64,000 bases of DNA from an uncultured Nitrososphaeraceae archaeon. GTDB taxonomy: Archaea > Thermoproteota > Nitrososphaeria > Nitrososphaerales > Nitrososphaeraceae. A model generated the notes under the pieces. That model worked only from the letters and a program-made list of their open reading frames with translations, searched no databases and had not been told where the DNA came from. The stretch covers positions 160,001 through 224,000 of the forward strand of contig CAVSMN010000012.1 in the NCBI GenBank assembly GCA_963729045.1, in the 5' to 3' direction. Made by a program: the position numbers and the translations under genes. This document shows positions 1 through 9,829 of the stretch, one piece after another (the first letter of the stretch is position 1; every line of letters begins with the position of its first letter).

Positions 1-511
1 TCAAAAAATGGATCTCGAAAAGATAATCACTGATCTCAATAATATTGCTGGATCACATGGAGTTGGCATAGTTGACCATATTGAGGATAGAGTAGTAGGT
101 ATAAAATCTCGTGAAGTCTATGAGGCTCCGGCTGCATTGGTATTAATAGAAGCACACAGAGATCTTGAAAAATTGGTGTTGACCAACTCCGAACTCCGTT
201 TCAAACTATTAGTCGATGAACAGTGGGCATGGTTATCATATTCAGGATTGTGGCTAGATCCCCTATTATCCGACCTGAATGCTTTTATCGAGAAAACGCA
301 ACAAAGAGTAAACGGCGAAATAAAGGTTAAAATGCATAACGGATCCTATCGTGTGGTAGGGAGAAAATCAATGTTTTCGCTATATAATAATGACACAGTA
401 ACTTATTTGTCTAATTCTAATTTCGACCAAACTTTGGCGAGAGGATTTGTCGCACTTTGGGGCTTACAATCTACCGCAGCCAATTCAAAAATTATGGAAA
501 ATAAGGAGTAA
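1..511 (+). CDS. argG: argininosuccinate synthase, C-terminal part (5' end outside window)
   Basis: D-H-I-E-D-R-V-V-G-I-K-S-R-E-V-Y-E-A-P motif; frame is open back to the window edge. Confidence 0.95.
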   Translation, partial: QKMDLEKIITDLNNIAGSHGVGIVDHIEDRVVGIKSREVYEAPAALVLIEAHRDLEKLVLTNSELRFKLLVDEQWAWLSYSGLWLDPLLSDLNAFIEKTQQRVNGEIKVKMHNGSYRVVGRKSMFSLYNNDTVTYLSNSNFDQTLARGFVALWGLQSTAANSKIMENKE

Positions 512-513
512 AA

Positions 514-1386
514 ATGGTAAAATTAGATATCCTTTTTGATAAATTAAGATTTGAAGAAAAGGCTCTCTATAATACTGCGATTAAAAAAGGAATCGACGTA
601 AGGTTAGTCGATTCAAGAAATATCATTATTGATACGGATGATTTGGATTCAAATGAATTTGAATTTGGAGATATATTGCTGCAACGTAGCATAAGCCACT
701 TTCGGGGACAATTTCTTACCTATTGCTTAGAGTTGTGTGGTTATAATGTGATTAATAGTTCAAGAATCGGAGAGATATGTGGAAACAAATTATTGACTTC
801 AATGATCCTCAAGAAAAACAACATCCCTACCCCTAAATCTTATTTCTCATTTAATTCTGATTCTGCCTTTAACTTTATCAATACGATAGACCTGGAACAT
901 AATCCATTAGTATTTAAACCAGTGATTGGGTCTTGGGGACGAGGCGTATTCCCTGTGCGGAATAAAGAAATAGGCAAGATAATTGTAGAGATGAGGCAAG
1001 AAAGTACTAGTCCATTCTCAAGTATTTTTTATTTTCAGGAACTAATTCATAGGCCACCAAGAGATATTCGTTGTATAGTAGTAGGTGAAAAATTGATTGC
1101 AGCAGTTTATAGATATTCATCTGATGATGAATGGCGTACAAACGTAGCAAAAGGCGGTAAGGCTGAATTAATTGAAGTTACCTCCGAATTAGAGGAGTTA
1201 GCTCTAAGGGCCTCAAAAGCTGTAGGGACAGGGGTTCTGGGTATAGACATGATGGAGGATCAAAAACGAGGACTGGTAGTACACGAAATAAATAATACGG
1301 TAGAGTTTAGGGGAGCCAGTCTTGCTACTGGAATTGATATTGCCGATATGATAATTGAATACGTAAAAGATTGTGCCAAGAAATAG
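514..1386 (+). CDS. argX: RimK/LysX-family ATP-grasp ligase, probable glutamate--LysW ligase
   Basis: KPVIGSWGRG, RPPRDIR, WRTNVAKGG, HEINNTVEFRG; follows argG; EFRG end resembles ArgX rather than LysX (EFKN). Confidence 0.8.
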   Translation: MVKLDILFDKLRFEEKALYNTAIKKGIDVRLVDSRNIIIDTDDLDSNEFEFGDILLQRSISHFRGQFLTYCLELCGYNVINSSRIGEICGNKLLTSMILKKNNIPTPKSYFSFNSDSAFNFINTIDLEHNPLVFKPVIGSWGRGVFPVRNKEIGKIIVEMRQESTSPFSSIFYFQELIHRPPRDIRCIVVGEKLIAAVYRYSSDDEWRTNVAKGGKAELIEVTSELEELALRASKAVGTGVLGIDMMEDQKRGLVVHEINNTVEFRGASLATGIDIADMIIEYVKDCAKK

Positions 1387-1513
1387 AAAAAACTATAATC
1401 GACAAAAAATTTAAATGAGGATTATTGAACGATTTATTATTTATGAAATTCATTGTCGATAAATACTTTTTATTTGAAAGAGAGGTAAATGAATATACAT
1501 TGAGGAATTCTAA

Positions 1514-2566
1514 ATGAAAATTGGAGTTATAGGCGCTTCCGGTTTTGTGGGTGGAGAGTTGCTGCGGCTGCTAGTAACTCATCCCAAGGTGGATGTATCG
1601 ATGGTTACATCAAGACAAAGGGTAGGTGAATATGTTCATAGGATTCACCCAAGTCTAAAAAGTTTCATTAATTTAACATTTTCAGATCTTAATCTTGACA
1701 AATTGACTGACACATGTGACGTAGTTTTTGTTTCTGTTCCTCATGGTAAATCTAATAAAATCGTTAATGAACTTTTTAAGAGGGGTATTAAAATAATTGA
1801 TCTTTCTGCCGATTTTAGATTGAAAAATCCAGAGGATTATGTTAAATGGTATGGATGGGAACATCCTTATCCTGAAATGCTGTCAAATTCTGTTTATGGA
1901 GTTCCCGAATTTCATCGCGAACAAATAAAAAATGCAAAATTAGTTTCTTGTCCTGGATGTATGGCTGTTACTTCCCTTCTGGCATTAAAACCCTTAATTG
2001 AGAACAATGTGATAGATACCGACCATCTTGTAGTAGATAGTAAGATAGGTTCATCAGGTGCAGGCGGGCAGGCGAATTCTGCCACACATCATGCCATGCG
2101 ATATGGTGTTATTCGTCCTTACAAACCTGCCAAACATCGTCACACCGGAGAAATAGAACAGGAACTAAGTTTGTTGGGAGGCAAGAAAATTCATGTAAGC
2201 ATGACTCCTCATGCCGTTAATATGGTTAGGGGGATATTGACCACCAATCATGCATTTTTGACAAAAGATCTAAGTGAGTTGGAACTATGGAAAATGTATA
2301 GAAATTCTTACAACAATGAATTATTCGTGAGATTAATAAGAGACAAAAATGGAATATACAAATTTCCAGATCCAAAATTTGTAATAGCATCTAATTTTTG
2401 CGATGTGGGATTCGACTTGGACGAAGATAATAAACGAATTGTAGCAATGTCTGCTTCCGACAATTTAATGAAAGGTGCCGCAGGCTCTGCAATTCAAAAC
2501 CTTAACGTAATGTCAGGGTTTGATGAAATGACAGGACTAAAATTCACTCCAGTTACTCCAGTATGA
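1514..2566 (+). CDS. lysY: [LysW]-aminoadipate/glutamate phosphate reductase (ArgC family)
   Basis: GASGFVGGE Rossmann start, DLSADFRL, SCPGC, DNLMKGAAG. Confidence 0.93.
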   Translation: MKIGVIGASGFVGGELLRLLVTHPKVDVSMVTSRQRVGEYVHRIHPSLKSFINLTFSDLNLDKLTDTCDVVFVSVPHGKSNKIVNELFKRGIKIIDLSADFRLKNPEDYVKWYGWEHPYPEMLSNSVYGVPEFHREQIKNAKLVSCPGCMAVTSLLALKPLIENNVIDTDHLVVDSKIGSSGAGGQANSATHHAMRYGVIRPYKPAKHRHTGEIEQELSLLGGKKIHVSMTPHAVNMVRGILTTNHAFLTKDLSELELWKMYRNSYNNELFVRLIRDKNGIYKFPDPKFVIASNFCDVGFDLDEDNKRIVAMSASDNLMKGAAGSAIQNLNVMSGFDEMTGLKFTPVTPV

Positions 2567-3361
2567 TTGTTATCAAAATAGGGGGAAGTATAGTGGAGGG
2601 ATTAAACCCTTCAATCTTAGATGACTTTAGTGATTTGGTAAAAAAACAAAAATTTGTAATAGTTCATGGGGGAGGTAAAGATGTTACTAATATTGCAAAC
2701 AGCATGGGAAAGGAACAGAAATTCATAATGTCCCCGGCAGGGAAGCGTAGTAGATATACCGATAAAGAGACTGCAATGATATATACAATGGTAATGTCAG
2801 GAAAGATCAGTAAAAACATTACTGGGATGCTACAAAGTAAAGGTATATCGTCTGTGGGGATAACTGGCATTGACGGGGAAATGATTAAGGCGGATCGAAA
2901 AAAGAAATTGATGATACTAAATGAAAAGGGAAGAAAAATGTTAATAGAAGGAGGCTACACTGGAAAAGTTTCAGCAGTAAATCCCAAATTGATTAGTTGC
3001 TTGTTAGATAACGATTATGTGCCAATTATTTCTCCGATAGCCATTAGCGATGAGTTTGAATTTCTGAACATAGACGGCGATCGGGCAGCGGCCAACGTAG
3101 CTGGAGCCCTACAATCTGATAGTGGTAATCTTCATTACTAACGTTAATGGGCTTATGATGGATGATCATTTGATACCTAATCTTTCTCTAGAGGAGGCAA
3201 AAAACATGCTGCCCCAAATTGGACCCGGGATGGAAAAAAAAGTGCTTGCTTGCACAGAGGCTTTGTCTATGGGTGTAAAAAAAGCTATAATAGCCTCTGG
3301 TTCAGTACAAAATCCTATAATGTCTGCTCTTGAAAGCAAGAATTGTACAGTGATCTCGTGA
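2563..3361 (+). CDS. lysZ: [LysW]-aminoadipate/glutamate kinase (ArgB family), frameshift near 3120
   Basis: VIKIGGS, VHGGG, LNIDGDRAA in 2563..3141; FITNVNGL...GPGMEKKV continues in 3122..3361. Confidence 0.9.
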
Positions 3362-4558
3362 TGCAAGGCGTAGAGAGTGAAGAGTCCTTTGTCGGGGATT
3401 TGTATCAAAGGTTCCCTGTTAATATCTCAAAAGGAAAAGGATGCAAAGTTTGGGATATCAATGATAAAGAATATATTGACTGTATGGGCGGATATGGGGT
3501 GGCCCTAGTAGGCCACTGCAATGATCGGGTCATTCAGGCAATAACAAGTCAGGCTCAAGATTTGATTACGTGTCATATGTCTGTTTATAATAACGTCCGT
3601 CTTAACTTTCTTAAGAAGTTCTCCAGAATAGCTCCAAAAAATCTGCAAAAAACCTTTTTCACAAATAGTGGAACCGAATCTGTAGAGGCTGCCTTAAAAT
3701 TTTCTAGAAAATACACTGGTAAACCCGGCGTTTTGGCACTTAAATGGGGGTTACCATGGAAAGACTTTTGGATCTCTATCTGTAACTTATAATGAGAAAT
3801 ATAGAAAGTCGTTTTTACCATTGTTGGACAATATGCAATTCATTCCATATTCTGAATCAAACACAATACCAGAGATTGTGACAAAGACAAATAACAAGAT
3901 AGGAACTGTAATAGTAGAGCCTATTCAAGGCGAAACAGGAATCATTATGCCCCCTTCCGATTTTCTGAGGGATATTAGGAATGTTTGCAATGAAAATGAC
4001 TTGGTACTTATTTTTGATGAAATTCAGTCTGGGTTAGGAAGAACTGGAAAAATGTGGGCGGGGCAGCATTGGGATGTTGAGCCTGATATAATGTGCTTGG
4101 CAAAAGGTATTGCAGGTGGTGTTCCGATGGGACTTACAGTCATGCGTTCTGAAATTTTAGACTGCCTAAAGGTTGGAGAACATTCCTCTACATTTGCTGG
4201 AAACCCCTTAGCCTGTGCAGCAGGTTCTGCAACTATAGATTCTCTAATTGAGGATAAGCTTGTTTCAAACTCTGAAAGAATGGGCCGGATTTTTAAATCC
4301 GGTCTATTAGAAATAAAAGAAAAATATAAAATTGTTCGTGAAGTCAGAGGACTTGGAATGATGCTAGGGGTAGAAATGAGATTTGATGTGAAAGACATTC
4401 TTCTTGATGGTATCAAAAATGGTATTCTGTTGCTTTATTCAGGTAGAAACATTTTAAGATTGCTGCCTCCAATAGTCATGAAAGAAGAAGAAGTGAACAA
4501 GTCTCTGGAATTAATTGATAAGCTAATTTACAACGAGGAGAAGAGACGATTTGGCTGA
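3361..4558 (+). CDS. lysJ: [LysW]-aminoadipate semialdehyde transaminase (ArgD family), frameshift near 3740
   Basis: YIDCMGGYGV, NSGTESVEAA in first frame; EPIQGE, FDEIQSGLGRTG, AKGIAGG, HSSTFAGNP in second. Confidence 0.9.
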
Positions 4559-4985
4559 TAATCTAAATAGCATAGATGAAAAAATAATTGGAATATTGAA
4601 AAGTGATTCACGCAGGTCGTTCGTTGAGATTGCAAATTCGATAGGAATGTCTGAATCTGCGGTTCGTCGTAGAGTAAAAAACTTGCAAGATACAGGTGTA
4701 ATCCGAAAATTTACTATCGACATGGGCCCATCCAATAAAACCAGTGCCATAACACTAATTTCCGTAAGTTCTGTAGCTGATACATCTAAGGTGTCTGACC
4801 AATTATTAAAACTCAAAGGTGTGGAGATCGTATATGAGATCACCGGTCAATATGATATAGCAACCATAATAGTAGCTCCAACTATATTGGAAATAAACTC
4901 ATATATTGATGAAATACGGAAAATTGATGGCGTATCTGATACGAATACGGTAATAATCTTAAGAACGTTGGGAAGCTTAAGCTAA
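4551..4985 (+). CDS. lysM: Lrp/AsnC-family regulator LysM
   Basis: N-terminal HTH (SESAVRRRVKNL), YEITGQYDI; embedded in the lys cluster. Confidence 0.88.
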   Translation: MADNLNSIDEKIIGILKSDSRRSFVEIANSIGMSESAVRRRVKNLQDTGVIRKFTIDMGPSNKTSAITLISVSSVADTSKVSDQLLKLKGVEIVYEITGQYDIATIIVAPTILEINSYIDEIRKIDGVSDTNTVIILRTLGSLS

Positions 4986-5125
4986 ATTGAACCCTCCCAA
5001 AGTTTATTGACTTTGTTATTGGCCATCTAATTCATAAGCTGAATTACGTAAAGCCTATCAGGTAGTTATTTTTAGCAAAAGCCATTATATAGTTGATTTG
5101 ATTTATTTTTTAACGAAAACATACA

Positions 5126-5142
5126 TTATATAATCGATTATA
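5126..5142 (+). promoter_or_regulatory. TATA box overlapped by a perfect 14 bp palindrome (candidate operator)
   Basis: TTATATAA at 5126-5133, ~27-34 nt before ATG 5160; TATAATCGATTATA at 5129-5142. Confidence 0.5.
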
Positions 5143-5159
5143 GTAATATTATACATCGA

Positions 5160-6368
5160 ATGTCACTAAAAACAGATGACCCCAACTATTTTGCTCATCA
5201 ATATAATGATTCCGAGAAGGATAAGAAAAAAATTAGAATCCTGGACTCTACTCTTAGAGAAGGCGAACAGCATCCGGGAGTATCCTTCTCCAACAAACAG
5301 AGAATCCAGATAGCTTGGTTGTTGGATTCCTTTGGCGTAGATCAGATAGAAATTAGCCCAATAGTTTCACCTGATCATCACGAAGCAACTAAAATTATCA
5401 TGAAGCAGGGTTTAAAAGCTGATATTGTAGCGCACGTAAGAGCTATAAAATCTGATGTAGATAAGGCACTAGATTGTGATACTAATTGGGTTGCAACATA
5501 CATGGGTATTTCTGATATTCACTTAATGGCGAAGCTCCGGATATCAAGAGAAGAAGCAAAACAGAGGGCACTTGAAGTGGTAGATTATATCAAATCTCAT
5601 GGCCTAAAATCCCGCTTTACTATGGAAGACGCGAGCAGAACGGACCCCGAATTCTTATTGGAAATGTGTAAAGAAATGAATCAGAGAGGAATAGAAAGAA
5701 TTAGTATTCCAGATACTGTCGGAATCATGAGACCACGGGGAATGTATAACTTAGTTAAGATGGTATACGACAATATAGACAATTCTAAAACCTCTTTAGA
5801 TGTACATTGCCATAATGACGTAGGGTTGGCACTTTCCAATGCGTTATCGGGGTGTGACGGAGGAGCAGATCAGATTCACACAACCATAGATGGACTTGGT
5901 GAACGGACTGGAATTCCTACGTTAGCAGAAACTGCCGTTGCATTGAATTTGATCTATAAATCCAATAACAGTTTCAGACTACATCTCTTAAAGGACTTAT
6001 CTCGAACTATATCTGATTACACTAGAATTCCAATCCATGAATCAAAACCTTTGGTGGGAGATAGTGCTTATAAACATAAAGCGGGAACCCATTTAGCAGC
6101 CATCTTGAGAAATCCCTCTGCATATGAAATTATTGAACCTAAACAAGTAGGAAATCGCCGTAAAATCGTATTTGGTGAGCTGTCGGGAAAGAATGGTTCT
6201 GCCTACTTGTTGTCCCTTTTAGGTTTGGATTCTAACAAAGAAAATGCAGAGTCTTTGGCCAAGGGATTGAAAGAGTTGCGAATGGGTGATATTTTGGAAC
6301 TATTTTTAGATGAAAAATTAGAGAGAAAAATACTTAATGAGGATTATGTCAAAAACAATAAGGATTAA
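5160..6368 (+). CDS. homocitrate synthase (LeuA/DRE-TIM family)
   Basis: DSTLREGEQ, HCHND, GLGERTG, HKAGTH; lies in the alpha-aminoadipate lysine cluster. Confidence 0.85.
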   Translation: MSLKTDDPNYFAHQYNDSEKDKKKIRILDSTLREGEQHPGVSFSNKQRIQIAWLLDSFGVDQIEISPIVSPDHHEATKIIMKQGLKADIVAHVRAIKSDVDKALDCDTNWVATYMGISDIHLMAKLRISREEAKQRALEVVDYIKSHGLKSRFTMEDASRTDPEFLLEMCKEMNQRGIERISIPDTVGIMRPRGMYNLVKMVYDNIDNSKTSLDVHCHNDVGLALSNALSGCDGGADQIHTTIDGLGERTGIPTLAETAVALNLIYKSNNSFRLHLLKDLSRTISDYTRIPIHESKPLVGDSAYKHKAGTHLAAILRNPSAYEIIEPKQVGNRRKIVFGELSGKNGSAYLLSLLGLDSNKENAESLAKGLKELRMGDILELFLDEKLERKILNEDYVKNNKD

Positions 6369-6372
6369 GAAA

Positions 6373-6546
6373 ATGGCAAAAGTTAATTGTAAGGAATGTG
6401 ATGCGGAAATTCCAATACCATCTGACTCAATGCAAGGTGAAATCGTTACCTGTCCTGATTGCGGGGAAAGTTTTGAATTGGTGAAATCTGGTGACGAATT
6501 TAGTATAAAGCCTGCACAAGTAGTTGGAGAAGATTGGGGACAATAA
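6373..6546 (+). CDS. lysW: amino-group carrier protein LysW (57 aa), C-terminus EDWGQ
   Basis: CxxC...CPDCG zinc ribbon and GEDWG tail; ATG at 6373 preferred to the track start. Confidence 0.93.
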   Translation: MAKVNCKECDAEIPIPSDSMQGEIVTCPDCGESFELVKSGDEFSIKPAQVVGEDWGQ

Positions 6547-7415
6547 ATATAGAGGAAGATGCATCTTCTCTCTATATCCTTTTTGACAATATCCGTTGGG
6601 AAGAGAAATCTATTATTGAAAAAGCAAAAAAAACTGAAATAAACATAAAGCCTATTGATTGCAAAGACCTTGTACTTTTTCTTAATGAAGATACAAAAAT
6701 ATTTAAGGATAAAGTAATTTTACAACGATGTATAAGCTATTTTAGAAGTTTGCATTCAACAGGAGGACTGGAAGGATTAGGTGCGAGAATGATTAATTCA
6801 TTGTATACATCCTTCATGTGCGGGAATAAGTTAATTTCTCATATAGAACTTCAGAAAAATGCAATACAGACACCTAATGCAATATGTGCTTTTAATACCG
6901 AATCCTCTATTGAAGGCATCAAAAAATTTGGGTATCCAGTAGTGATAAAGCCCACTGTAGGAAGTTGGGGGCGACTAATTGGACTATTAAACGATGAGGA
7001 AGCGGTAAAGGCAGTTTTGGAAGATAGAGAACATATGTTTCCTATTTATCACATTAATTATTTCGAAGAATTCATCAAAAGGCCACCCAGGGATATTCGT
7101 GCTATTGTTATTGGTGACGAAGTTGTGGCTGCGATCTACCGATATTCTGGGACTAATGAATGGAAGACTAATATGGCTTTAGGTGGTCACGCTTCCCCTT
7201 GTCCCATTACGACGGAGTTAGAAGAAATTTGTGTAAAATCATCGAAAATTTTTAAGGGAGATATAGTCGGAGTGGACCTGATGGAAAGCGAAAAATATGG
7301 ATTAGTTGTTCACGAAGTAAATAATACTACTGAATTCAAGAATACTGTGCGAGTAACCGGGGTTGATATACCCGGTTTAATTGTGGACTATATGGTTAAT
7401 ATTCATAAGAAATAA
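6534..7415 (+). CDS. lysX: alpha-aminoadipate--LysW ligase
   Basis: KPTVGSWGRL, WKTNMALGG, HEVNNTTEFKN; directly after lysW. Confidence 0.88.
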   Translation: MGTINIEEDASSLYILFDNIRWEEKSIIEKAKKTEINIKPIDCKDLVLFLNEDTKIFKDKVILQRCISYFRSLHSTGGLEGLGARMINSLYTSFMCGNKLISHIELQKNAIQTPNAICAFNTESSIEGIKKFGYPVVIKPTVGSWGRLIGLLNDEEAVKAVLEDREHMFPIYHINYFEEFIKRPPRDIRAIVIGDEVVAAIYRYSGTNEWKTNMALGGHASPCPITTELEEICVKSSKIFKGDIVGVDLMESEKYGLVVHEVNNTTEFKNTVRVTGVDIPGLIVDYMVNIHKK

Positions 7416-7426
7416 GAATCTAGAAA

Positions 7427-8576
7427 ATGGTCTCTCCAAATTTTGCCATAGAACTTATTAAAAAATACTTTAGAAATCTATACTCCCTCAAGATCAGAAT
7501 CTCAACTGGCCAATTTCTTGAAAGATATTTGTATGGATTTAGGATTTGAAACAGCAAACATTGACAGCGTTGGAAACATGGTTGCAGTTAGAGGAAACGG
7601 AGAACCGATTATTCTCCTCTGCGGTCACATGGATACCGTCCCTGGGATTGTACCCGTAAGACTAGAGGGTGATTATTTGTACGGACGAGGTGCTTCCGAT
7701 GCAAAGGCCCCATTGGTTTCAATGTTATTGGCAGCGGCAGACATTCCGAAACAAGCAGGGACAATTATTTTTGCTGGAGTAGTAGACGAAGAAGGCAATG
7801 CTACTGGAATAAAAAATCTGGTAAAAGATACTACACTAAATCCCGACTATGCTATATTTGGAGAACCAAGCGGAATAGAAAATATCACTATTTCGTATAA
7901 AGGTCGCCTTGAAATTCGCCTGATATGTGATGTTGATAATAGTGCTCACGCGAGTGCTCCTTGGTTGACATTAAACGCAATTGATGAATTATATAATGTA
8001 TGGAATGAATTGAAAAGTGTATTTCAGAAACCGGAGATCGCAAACACAAAAAATAAGGCCGATCAAATAAGTTACAGCGTTACGGAAATAAATGGCGGCA
8101 CAAGTCATAATGTTACTCCGCAAAAATGTAGAATCACTATAGATATACGTATTCCGACTAATTTATCTTGTGACAACGTATTAGAACTGATTGATAAGCG
8201 GATAAACGAGATTAAAGATTTCATTAAAGGTGTAAAGATCAAATACCGGGTAGAAGATAAAACCGAACCCTTTCAAGCAAACGTATCTTCTCCGTTAGTA
8301 CGGGCATTAGTCTTGTCCATCTTAGATCAAAGAAAAAAAAGACCGTTATTGTTAAAGAAAACTGGAACAGGCGATATGAATATCCTAGGAAATATTTTAA
8401 ATATCCCCGTCGTGACTTACGGCCCAGGAGACCCTCATTCATCTCACACAGTGGACGAAAAACTGTTTGTTCCTGACTACTTGACTGGTATAGAAATTTA
8501 CAAAGGTGCGTTATTACACATGGTGAGGCTTCACAAAAATCTTCAAGAAAAATCAAATACCGTAAATTCAGAGTGA
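7427..8576 (+). CDS. lysK: [LysW]-lysine/ornithine hydrolase (M20 peptidase), frameshift near 7455
   Basis: GHMDTVP, GRGASDAK, DEEG, GEPS, YGPGD...H; ATG 7427 with LEIYTPSRSE continuing in the shifted frame. Confidence 0.88.
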
Positions 8577-8643
8577 GATACACAAGGTGTGTCATAAATT
8601 GATATAAATTAGAATAATTACTAAGATGAATTAATATTAGAAA

Positions 8644-9753
8644 ATGTTGTATATAATTGGCATCGGTATTAATGAGTTCGAATCCTTATCCATAGGATCT
8701 ATGGAAATACTAAGAAATAGCGATAATGTGTATATAGAAAGATTTACAGGATTTATTTCAGACGAATTTGTTCAGAATCTATCTGATACTCTACAAAATA
8801 CAAGCGGATCAAAATCAAGAAACGATGTGGATATTAAGTTCATTAAGAGATGGTTTATTGAGGATGGAAGAGAGATCCTTGAAAAAGCTCAAAAATCCCA
8901 TGTTTGTATTCTCGTCTACGGTGACCCCTTAGTAGCAACTACATACAACGAGCTACTTGTGAGGGCAAAAAAACTATCCATAGATTTTAAAATTGTTCAT
9001 TCTTCTTCTGGGATCCTGTCATTAATGGGAGAATCCGGACTTCATCCATACAAATTTGGGAAGATGGTCACCATGATGGACGATCCAATGTCTTCAATTA
9101 CCGTTTATAACACCATCTATGAAAACATGTGCCTTGGCCTGCATACTCTGATTCTTACAGAATACAATAATGATGATGGAAAAAACAATTTTCAATCAAG
9201 TTCTGATCCATTCTTCCTGTCTCCCAGCAGAGTAATAGAACTATTACTTGAAAGAGAGAAAGAAATGAAACTAATGAATTTTTCTATGGAATCATATGCA
9301 ATGGTAGCCAGTAAAATAGGACATGAGGAATCGACTTTTAGTTCCGGAACAATAGAGTCGCTATTGAAGTTAGAATATAGTGGTGGACCAAATTCGATTA
9401 TTATCCCAGGAAGACTACATTTTACCGAGATAGATTCAATCAAATATCTTACTACTATGTTTGATGAGCCAACTGATAATACTCAGCATATTTCCCGATT
9501 GGCACACCGTATGTTAGACAAATACATCCCAAATACTAAAGTCGCCCTTGATAACATGTATCAGCTTATCAGAACAGAGTCGTCGGAGCTTTCAAAAGAT
9601 TATGCACCAGTGATTGAAAATGCAGAAAACTACTTACTCGATGCACAAGATTTTTACAACCAAGGAAAACTTGAACTAGCTATTTTAAGTGTTGGGTACG
9701 CAGAGGGGCTAATTGATTCTATCCGGTTTCAAAAAGGTATGAACCCTTGGTAG
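8644..9753 (+). CDS. dph5: diphthine synthase with C-terminal DUF357-like extension
   Basis: GDPLVATT, YKFGK, GLHTLIL; tail AENYLLDAQDF...LAILSVGYAEGLID. Confidence 0.88.
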   Translation: MLYIIGIGINEFESLSIGSMEILRNSDNVYIERFTGFISDEFVQNLSDTLQNTSGSKSRNDVDIKFIKRWFIEDGREILEKAQKSHVCILVYGDPLVATTYNELLVRAKKLSIDFKIVHSSSGILSLMGESGLHPYKFGKMVTMMDDPMSSITVYNTIYENMCLGLHTLILTEYNNDDGKNNFQSSSDPFFLSPSRVIELLLEREKEMKLMNFSMESYAMVASKIGHEESTFSSGTIESLLKLEYSGGPNSIIIPGRLHFTEIDSIKYLTTMFDEPTDNTQHISRLAHRMLDKYIPNTKVALDNMYQLIRTESSELSKDYAPVIENAENYLLDAQDFYNQGKLELAILSVGYAEGLIDSIRFQKGMNPW

Positions 9754-9829
9754 GTTTTTGTATACTAATTTTTTATAGTTGATAGTTTAGAATTGTTAAT
9801 AGAATATCTTAGTTTAGATGTAGCAAGGA

